A stretch of 31,713 nucleotides of DNA from Macrostomum lignano (taxonomy: Eukaryota). The notes beneath the pieces are model-generated. The model was not told the DNA's origin. It made no database searches and was given only the letters and a program-made list of their open reading frames with translations. Shown piece by piece: positions 23,229-31,713 of the stretch (position 1 is the stretch's first letter; the number at the start of each line of letters is the position of its first letter). The position numbers were made by a program, and so were the translations under genes. The DNA lies in contig NIVC01002937.1 of NCBI GenBank assembly GCA_002269645.1, positions 1 through 31,713 of the forward strand. The letters are read 5' to 3'.

Positions 23229-25266
23229 CGCTTGTGAGCCTGCTCAGGGGAGTTGGCGTGCAGTAATGCTTCTCAACGGTTGTGCGTCAGTGTCGCTTAA
23301 AGTGCGCAACAATTCCAATCGTATCCAGTTGGCGCCTGAAAAAATCGGGTGATAAAATTCGGACAGGACCAGCCAAGCACCAGCCAATTTGACCTTTAGT
23401 TTCCGCGAGCGACTGAACCCCCCTCTCCTCCGCAAAACTGTTGTCGAACACGTGGTTCGCAGATTATAAACTATATGGTCTTCTTCTTTAAATACCCTCG
23501 GCGGCAAGAGCTTGCAGCTCCTTACGGTTTTTTTCTCAAAGGTTTGCGAGACTCGTCCCCGGGGCGTTTTTGACTTGTTGTGGAGAGTTTGCGACCAAAA
23601 TTTATCCCCTGTAGGAATCTTTGAGTGAAGAAAAGGGAGGACACTGAAGGAGAGGGGACAGCGGCTCCGTTTTAGAGGGGGGGGGCTGCATTGCAGATGG
23701 CACGCTGAAAAGCGGCTTGTGGTTGAAAAGTTGAAAACCAGCCTTCCTGCGGTTCTGCAGCCTCACATCGATCGCTTAAGTGGTTTGGCGATATTCGGCC
23801 TTTCACTGTTCAAAAACTCTGTCTATTTTTATACCTGCCCGCCTTGCCAACCGAAATTTGTGCTTCGCGCAATTAGCAGAGCTGCTTCTGCGATTTGACA
23901 GAGTCTGTTCTGAGCAGCGCATGCATCTTTTACCTTGATCCCCTCGGGACCGACCGACCGGCAGGCTTATGCATGCATAGGGTTGCTGATACTTCCTTTT
24001 TCATAAAATTGATTCACCCGCTAATGCCCCTTTTCAATTAGTCACAGCAGAATCCTCTGCCTCCGGTGAAGGAAGTGCGTCCGTCTTAATACGGCACTAA
24101 TGGGGATTGAAAATGATGAGGCGTCAGACGGCGGCGAGGGGACGAGAGCGTGATTGAGGAGGACATTCTCAGTCCTACCGTATCAACCTACTAGGCAAAG
24201 CGCTTAGGTTTCTTTCAACTCGGTATTCGCAAAAATGAGCAGCCATTTCCTTCCTCTTCAAAACAGGATCGGCCACTCGGCCTCATCTTCAACTTCTGTC
24301 AAGCGCGCTTGCAGTTTTAGCAGCCACTGGAGATGCAATGCTATCTGGGCAGGGAGCGACCCCAGCCCAGGTGCAATCGCTATTGATCCTCAGGGCCCCC
24401 ACAGTCTGTTTGCTCAGTTTATTAGACTGATTGCTCGAAGGGAAGCCCGAAAAGGGGAAATGGTTTGGGTAGGGGAGGCGGGGGTGGAGGACTAGGGGAA
24501 ACTTTGGAGACGACCTCGCTGGCGACTTCTGTCGATGACTCTACCGGCTTTCTCTCTGCCACTCTTTTCTGTCGCTGCTTCCTGGAACTTCTTCTTCGGG
24601 AAGAGAACTTATTGGCGCGGCGGTTCGGAAAGAGAGAATGGGGAGAGTCATCAAGAATTCGTGGTTCCTAGTGAGTGCTCTGGCTTGGGAGTTCGCTGAT
24701 GGGGCAGAGAGATCGCAAATTACTCACAGTGAGTGCGAGCATGAGACCAGTGCAGCTGCTTTTCCTTCACCGACAGCCTGGAACCGAAATGTTGGACTAG
24801 GATAATTACTCTTAGTAAACTTGCTTTTACCATTTCTCTTTCTAGCAATAAGTTGGCATTGCGTTTTTTGTAATAAAAACTGCCTGATTTAAACAGAGAA
24901 CGCAGGCAGCTCACAATACTTCAAGGCCATCCATTAGCTAGTACATTAAGTTGATTCTGTTTTAGTGGAGAAAAATCAAACCAGCATTTGTTTTCTTTAG
25001 TTTCAATGTATGCATTAGTCCATTGTCTGACGGTTAGTAAAGTTAGACTAGCCAACTGTCCCCAGTGGGCACCGTCGGGACTAGTTTCGGGCAGGAATTT
25101 TTGGAATATAAGTCATGATTTTACAGTGAATTGAAACAAATAACAGACTTCTTATATATCCTGTTATCATTTTTCTTCACCTGACTATGGAAAAACCTGA
25201 TTTAGCGCTTCACAAAACAGCAAATCTTTACAAACTCGAAAACAGAGCAGAAAACAAAACAGAAAA

Positions 25267-25465
<199 letters not shown>

Positions 25466-25483
25466 ATTCCAGTCACTTGCAAT

Positions 25484-25835
25484 CAAGTGAAACATTTGCA
25501 CTCAAGTGAAGCATTTGCACTCAAGTGAAGCATTTGCACTTAAGTGAAGCATTTGCACTTAAGTGAAACATTTGCACTCCTAAGTGAATCATTTGCACTC
25601 CTAAGTGTGAAGCATTTGCACTCCTAAGTGAAGCATTTGCACTTAAGTGAAACATTTGCACTCCAAAAGTGAATCATTTGCACTCCTAAGTGAAGCATTT
25701 GCACTCCCAAGTGAAGCATTTGCACTCCCAAGTGAAGCATTTGCACTCCCAATTGAAACATTTGCACTCCCAAGTGAAGCATTTGCACTCAAGTGAAGCA
25801 TTTGCACTAAAGTGAAGCATTTGCACTCAAGTGAA
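25484..25835 (+). repeat. Minisatellite, 17 copies plus a partial of (C/T)AAGTGAA(G/A/T)CATTTGCACT(CC), unit 19-23 bp
   Basis: ATTTGCACT counted 17 times. Units vary by 0-3 extra bases after GCACT and by one TG duplication. Confidence 0.96.
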
Positions 25836-27846
25836 TAATGGTACTAACTCGTCAGGAATTCCATTTAGCGGTCGCAGCCCACTGAAAATTTGAGCAATTC
25901 TTCGCTATTTGGATGGACATTCGGGTAGCCGTGGCAGAAAAAGTTCAGGACAGAGCAAGTTAAAGAGACAAGAGACGGTTACAGACAGCTGAGTGCTTCT
26001 GCGCGGTTCTGGAACTGGAATGTTCTCTTTCGTCTCTGCTGTTACTAGCCGGGGGAACACACATAGGGAATTAGTTGGCTAGGCCATCGGTCCGGAACGC
26101 ATGTAGACAGCTACGGACACAATTACTCACTCGATAATCGCTAATTGACGAGCTGAGCGGCGCAGAAAAGTGCATGCTGCCCGAAAATCTTTTGACGGCT
26201 TCTCGAATTTTTTATCTATAGAATACCGACAAAATGGGTGTGCTATAGATAGGGTATTGGCCAGCATTTTTCCGGAACTAAATCGACGCCCAGGTCTCAG
26301 TCTCAGGTGCGATATCAGACCGATCAGAGCGACTTAACTGAGCTTCTGCAGATCAGCTGGATGCACTGAATATACAGAAATAAAGATTTACTGAAAATCT
26401 ACTGTCAACCTCAGGAAGTGATCAAGTTCTCCCGATCCAGATATTCCATTTTTTATAAGTTTGCATTCGTTCGTCAGTGTGGGTGGATGCAGGGCCGGAT
26501 GGGTTACCGTAAAAGTGCAGACTACACACCGGAGAGAAGTGTTCTTAATTCAATTTTGTGAGTGAGTGAATGCACTTTAGTTGGATACCAAACGAGACCA
26601 ATCATTTGTAGTATGTAGGAAATGACAAAATTCTCAGACATTGATGTCACACATTTTATCCGCCAGAACAGCCTGCTGAATTGCCATACTGAACAATTAA
26701 AGTAATTTCCCTCTCTCTGTATCTCAGTTTGCTCGTCTGGCAAACTTTGTGAGCCCACGATCTCAGGCTGAACTCAGCTGACTGCTCGTGGATCATTATG
26801 GGGTGTGGATGCTGGGCTTGCTTGGGTCTCCCCGTCTGTTGCTCCGTTACCGGGCGCTTTGGAGAGGCATGGCCGGTCGTCACTTATTCATAACAGCAAA
26901 TGGGAGAGGGAGACAGGGAGACACGGAGAGAGCTGGGGAGAGAGGAAGAGAAAAGGGTGGAGGCAGACAGTGGCATCCGCGGCGTCACCTTCCTGCTCAT
27001 TCTGTCATTCTCTCACTTTGCATCTAACTGTCTCGCCGAACTGATCATACCACACCGTCCCGTGGGTGCATCATCTTTTATTTTACTGACACTTGGCAGG
27101 CTCTGGTCGCTCTGGAGAGGATTACAGTGGGGAGTGCCTGTGGGAGTCAAGACAAACGGTTTTCTGTCCTTAAGTATTAAATGATTGGAATGTTTAAGAC
27201 AAATAGAAGTACATTACATATATAAGTACACTAGAAAAGATTATGGCTACTTGTCAGGGATTTAATGCGAACAACCATGCTGGGGGGAGATTGGAGTTGA
27301 GGTAGAAAATATGTTATCCACTGATTGGGATTAGCCTCAGCTCCGCCAGCTTGAATGCGGCTGAAGCCGGGGTCGCATTGAGAGCTGCTTGCTGATGTAG
27401 CGAGCATCGTACAGCTTCACGCCTCATCACTTCCCGCCGGCGGAATCCCTTGAACTTGGCTTATATGTCCCACCCCATCCTCCTTGCTGCTTGCCGCCAG
27501 CCCGCGACCTTCTCACTCCGGCTGAGAGACTCCAACCCGCCTCTCCCCGCTGTGAGAGGTGAAACTCGGCCAGCCCTCCTCGCCCCGGCTTCTTCATCTG
27601 CGCACAGCGCGGGACTTCATCAGAAATGCTGGCCAACGTCATTACAGACCTCCAGCTGCTGTTTGGCATCTCATCGAAAACTTGGGAGATGGGGTGGAAT
27701 TTTTCTGTCAGCTATAGGGTCTCACGAGCCGGCTGAGATGTGCGGCTTTTCAACCAGGTCTGCGTTCCGGCCTGAGAGCTTGAGTACATTATTCTCTGTA
27801 AATCCACAAGTTACGCCCGCAATCGCCAGCAAAAAGAAAAAAAATA

Positions 27847-28733
27847 TTCCTTTTTGCGGCCTAGTTGGTACTGCAAGCTTTCAATTTAATAGTACATTAA
27901 TACCCATGATTTAAGGGCGTTAATGGGAAAATCAGAGGGCGCCGTTAGGGCGTTAAATGTCATTCACTGCCCGCTAATTTCGATATTTCTTTACTGCAAG
28001 CGGGCTCAAATGTAGTCTATGGCATTAAAGGGCAAGAGTAAGTACAATCATAGATACGGAAATCAGACTTGCGAGACTGAAAAGTTTCTGTCTATGGTCG
28101 ACACTCGCTGGCATAGCGGAGTTCAATTTAATCCTGGGGCCATCAATTTGATCTTTCTATGTTTTCAATGCACATTTTAACTGTCATGGTAACTTGTTTT
28201 TAGCTTGTCTTTTACATCATATGATCCTCTATGATCTGGTGCAAAGCGTGAAGAGTCGTGATGATGTACCTGATGGCGAGGAGTTCTGTGTGATCATTGA
28301 TGGAGCCCGTTTTCATCATGGAGTGGCAATCCCAGATCAATTTCAATCAGATTGGTGACATTGCCTCCTTACTCGTAGTTCCTCAATCCTGTGGAAAACG
28401 CGCACGCCTGCCTGAAGGCAGCCATCAAACGCCAGCTGGCTCAACCACAATTGCAACAAGAGCTGGACACTCCGCCTGCTGGTCATTCGCTACGAGAGTG
28501 GCGAATCCTTGTCCTACAGAGGGCTGCAGAGGAAGCGAATTTTGTTTCAACACTGGATATCATCTAACGTTATATGATTAGAATGACCAAATTGATGCCC
28601 CCAGGATTAAATTGAACTCCGCTATGCCAGCGAGTGTCGACCATAGACAGAATATTTTCAGTCTCGTAAGCCTGATTTCCGTATCTATGATTAATTTGAA
28701 AGCTTGCAGTACCAACTAGGCCGCAAAAAGGAA
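27847..28733 (+). mobile_element. Internally deleted Tc1/mariner-IS630 superfamily DNA transposon, 887 bp, TA target-site duplication
   Basis: Perfect 38-bp TIR TTCCTTTTTGCGGCCTAGTTGGTACTGCAAGCTTTCAA at 27847-27884 and its reverse complement at 28696-28733. TA flanks both ends (27845-27846, 28734-28735). A second 105-bp inverted pair lies at 28046-28150 and 28588-28692 (5 mismatches). A DDE remnant lies inside. Confidence 0.93.
28152..28567 (+). pseudogene. C-terminal fragment of a DD(x)E transposase (Tc1/IS630 type) with a frameshift and an in-frame stop
   Basis: Manual translation gives ...EEFCVIIDGARFHH (D codon 28299), a frameshift, then IRLVTLPPYS*FLNPVENAHACLKAAIK (TAG at 28376, E codon 28394), ending at TAA 28565-28567. 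These match the (V/I)xDNAxxH and LPPYSPxLNPIE motifs of Tc1/IS630 transposases. The first catalytic D and the DNA-binding domain are absent. Confidence 0.88.
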
Positions 28734-28754
28734 TAGAAAAACAAATGAAATCGA

Positions 28755-28760
28755 TTTATT
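28755..28760 (-). promoter_or_regulatory. Possible AATAAA polyadenylation signal for the channel mRNA
   Basis: TTTATT on the + strand, ~530 nt past the stop codon. This is a hexamer match only. Confidence 0.2.
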
Positions 28761-29286
28761 AGCAGCAAAGCTCGGGGAACCTCTGTCCGAGCCGCTCTGA
28801 AGTAATACGAAAAATCGGTCGCACAACTGATGAAAAGTTTTAATCGGAGAAAAACGAAGTTTAAAATAATTATTCTGTCGAGAATGCCTGTGAATTCAAA
28901 TATGGATTGACAAATACAACTGCTAGAATACCAGCTATAGAGTCCTATAGACGCGATCGACCATTAGGTAAAGCAAAATCTTCATGACCAACAAAGCAGC
29001 TTTAAAGTACACTGTGTCAGAAACGCTTATCCCTTAACTATATTTACATGGTAGATGTAAATGGTAGCCTGCAGACACTGTGGACAATAACACCCACAAA
29101 TACTTAATCTGCATTGCACCGCCTGTGGTAAACTTGAACAGCTTGAAAACTTAAACAAAAAACTATTAAAGAGGTTCAACCTCGGAACCTAATCGCTCGC
29201 ATTGAAAACTGTGGCAGTGGTCACAAAAAAAGCCCAAGGCCCACGGTAAGACCGGCACCAAGCGAAAAGTGACGATGCCGATCGCT

Positions 29287-31427
29287 TCAGACCGTGGACA
29301 CCATGCCGATCTGTACGGTTCGAGTTTCGGATCTTCTGGTGCTGCCGCAGTCGTTGAGCGAGTTGCAGGTGAGATTCGATTGGTTTTGCAGTTGATTATG
29401 TTGTTGATTAGTCGTTTGTTGCTGTTGCGGCGGCCGTTGCAACTGTTTTTGCTTCTGTTGCTGTTGCTGCTGACGCTCGGGCTGATGCTGCTGAATCTCC
29501 GGGTCATGTCTGGATTCGCGACAGTTGACGGCCAACGGCGCGCAGTTGGAATTGCTGTTCTTGAGCTCGTCATCGTACTCGGTTGTGGAGTACAGCAGCA
29601 TGTCTGTGCCATCGTAGATGAGATTCGCAGCCTCCTCGTGCAGTTGCAGCATTCCGGCCACGCGTGAGATGGAATCCGACGCCGAACCGCCCGACGACAT
29701 GGCGTGGCCGTTCTGACGGCTCGTTCGACGCTTTCTAAAGATTGACTCGAGCCCAAGGAAGTCGAGTACGAGGTCGCAGAACTCGAAAACTGTGATTAGC
29801 GAAGCTCCAACCCAGAGCCCGACGCAGCCGCCAACGTCGGTGAGGAACCTGCTCAATGGGTACTCCTCGTCCTCGAGCATCTCGTCGGCGAATAGCGACG
29901 AAGGTACAATGCGCAGGTACATGAAATTGCGCTCGATGAACTCAATGTTGAGCAGCTGGACGAGTTCTTTCTTTAGTACGGTGGTGATATTCAAACTGTC
30001 CCGGTTGGTCTCATTTAACAGTAAAGCTTTGGAGGCCAAATCTGTCACTCCGTACTTCTTCAGCTCCGCCTGCTCCATTTTAGCCAGCAGACGAAGCCAA
30101 CCAAAGTGAGTCTTTCGCTCGACCACTGCCGGGTAGTTAGCCTGACTTATCACGGTGGAGTACGAGGTGTGCTCGCACATGTCTTTGTAGCAAGTCTGCA
30201 GCGGTTTCGCCGCCTCCACCTGGTTGCGTTGAGCAAACAGGCAGGTGAGGTCGGTGAAATTTGCCTGAAACCAGTCGAAGTCTGCGCAGAACGGGTAGTT
30301 GGCGTCGTCGTATTTCAGAGGATACTCGTGGGTGAGGCAGCCGCAGTGGTTCTTGTAGGCCGTCTGCGAGATATTCTCCACGCAGTCGGTCCGAGTCTCC
30401 TTGTAGAAGCGCTGTTCTCCGGTCTCGATGTCGATGTAGTCGTAGGTGTCTCGGTGCGACTCGCACAGGTTCAGCTTTCGCAAGTGCTGCTTCCTGGTCA
30501 TGTGAAGGTCAACCTGGGCGTACTTGTCCAGGAGGAAGCTCTCTCCGATCTGCGGATAGGTGTCCGGCTCGTGCAGCATCAGCAGCACGCCGGAAGGAAT
30601 CGTGATGACTCCGTGCGAGTCCAAATAACGATATTCTTCGGGGTACTCGACTCCTTTGTACAGCAAAAGAAAAAGATCTGGTCTAAAGCCGCTGCTGAAT
30701 GCCTTCTTGTTGTCGGTGCTGATGGCGCTCCGGCCCAGGCTGGTAATGTTGAGCTGGTAGCAGGCCCCGTAAGGCCAGCGCCTGTGCGTGATCCACTCCT
30801 TGGCGCACACAGTGGACCGGCCCATGTACTTGCAGTATTGCACGAACGTGTCGTGTGGGATGCTGTACAGGCTGATATTGCGCTTCATGTACAAGTAATC
30901 AGCTATTTGGATGTTGTTAATCAGCTGGGACATGTACTTTACCTTCCAGCTGTCCGCACCGGATTTGGACTTCTTTCTTGACGCAGCGTCCACCATTCGT
31001 TGATAGTACCTAATTTTCTCGTTATACTCCTCGATTCGGCCACCAGCTGCTCGTACTGTTTTGTACCTCTCGGCGGAAAAAATATCGGATTAATGTTGCA
31101 GACAGTGATATCAGGAAACTTGAACGACATGTGGTCGTGCTTCAAGTTGGTGAGCACGGGCACCTGCATGTACTTGATGGCGATGTGGTACAGGTTAATG
31201 AAGAATCCGCAGCTCGCCGCGGTGCAGATGATCATCCAGAAAATTCTTCTCCTGGCACTGCGCGCCTGAGCGATGTGGTTCAGGCCGTGAATCGTGGAGC
31301 GCTTCGAGAAGGAGAAAACCATCGCACTTAGCCGCTCGGACGGCGACGCTTCTTGGACGAACAGCGAGCTCGAGTCGCCAAAGGCAGACATGCCGAAACG
31401 GGCGGCCGACCGGCTTCTGAACGACAT
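29287..31427 (-). CDS. DEG/ENaC (amiloride-sensitive Na+ channel, ASIC/degenerin superfamily) subunit; intronless; ~713 aa if the single frameshift is corrected
   Basis: ORF 30939-31427 has STIHGL (HG motif), TM1 and FPDITVCNINP. ORF 29287-30996 has WPYGACYQLN, GVLLMLHEP, the Cys-rich thumb and TM2 FLTDVGGCVGLWVGASLITVFE (GAS filter). The span is 2141 nt, so adding 1 nt gives 714 codons including the stop. The family call is firm; the subfamily and whether the gene is intact are not. Confidence 0.93.
29383..29491 (-). repeat. Imperfect CAG/CAA-rich tract encoding a Gln-rich segment of the channel C-terminal tail
   Basis: Translation IQQHQPERQQQQQQKQKQLQRPPQQQQTTNQQHNQLQNQ. Confidence 0.85.
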
Positions 31428-31434
31428 GTCGGAG

Positions 31435-31458
31435 CTAAGAGAGACGAACTTTAGTCAG
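31435..31458 (-). promoter_or_regulatory. Candidate 3' splice acceptor 7 nt upstream of the channel ATG
   Basis: The minus strand reads CTGACTAA (branch-point-like), GTTCGTCTCTCTT (pyrimidine tract), AG, then CTCCGAC ATG. Confidence 0.5.
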
Positions 31459-31713
31459 AAGTTTCGAATTTGAGTAAAATCAAAGCGGCCCTGCAGAGTG
31501 CCAAGATGCGGCTCTGCATGCAAAGCCCGAGCACCCGCTGTTCTTCGTCGGTTGGTTCAGCGAGTTTCGCAGCCGCCGATGGTGAAAGTCCTGGCTTCCA
31601 ACTCAGGCAGATAGGGGCGAAAACGGGCGAGGAAAGGGAAGTAATGGGATCAGCAGGATGAGAACAACCAGGGGAGGAAACCTGCTTTCCTCTCAGCCGC
31701 GCCACCGATAGAT

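Noticed and set aside
24454-24498. Five G-tracts forming a potential G-quadruplex
   Set aside because: Two loops are long (9-10 nt), such motifs are common, and there is no supporting context.
27687-27701. 15-nt exact reverse-complement match (AATTCCACCCCATCT) to the last full array subrepeat
   Set aside because: Isolated and does not extend on either side; a single such hit is not strong evidence.
26522-27914. Several 75-154 aa ORFs on both strands
   Set aside because: Overlapping, low-complexity or purine-tract driven, with no recognisable domain. A hidden exon near 27427-27710 on the minus strand cannot be excluded.
28297-28581. 94-aa ORF MMEPVFIMEW...
   Set aside because: Out-of-frame reading of the transposase remnant; the DDE motifs are in the other two frames.
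29166-31331. Antisense and alternative-frame ORFs overlapping the channel gene (e.g. 30106-30981 +, 29166-29756 -, 30137-30466 -)
   Set aside because: Expected shadows of a GC3-rich CDS, with no independent motifs.

Overview
Eukaryotic (metazoan) genomic DNA with two parts. Bases 1-~21374 are one non-coding tandem array: 30 complete monomers plus a truncated 31st. Monomer lengths fall in four classes (~491, ~580, ~668, ~755 bp) because each monomer carries 1-4 full copies plus one partial copy of an 88-bp hairpin-containing subrepeat. From 10503 onward the monomers form a 6-monomer, ~4444-bp higher-order repeat. The remaining ~10 kb holds a flank sharing short motifs with the array, two oppositely oriented GACA/TCTG microsatellites, a 19-23 bp minisatellite, and an 887-bp internally deleted Tc1/IS630-type DNA transposon (TA TSD, long TIRs, dead DDE remnant). 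It ends in an intronless minus-strand DEG/ENaC channel gene (29287-31427) broken by one frameshift that may be a consensus error. The best leads are the three-level array architecture with its near-invariant stem and ordered loop variants, and the channel's Thr at the degenerin site plus loss of one complete thumb disulfide pair. Ribozyme-like and tRNA-like readings of the array are partial and flagged as speculative. All positions and counts were read by eye; no databases were searched and the species is not identified.
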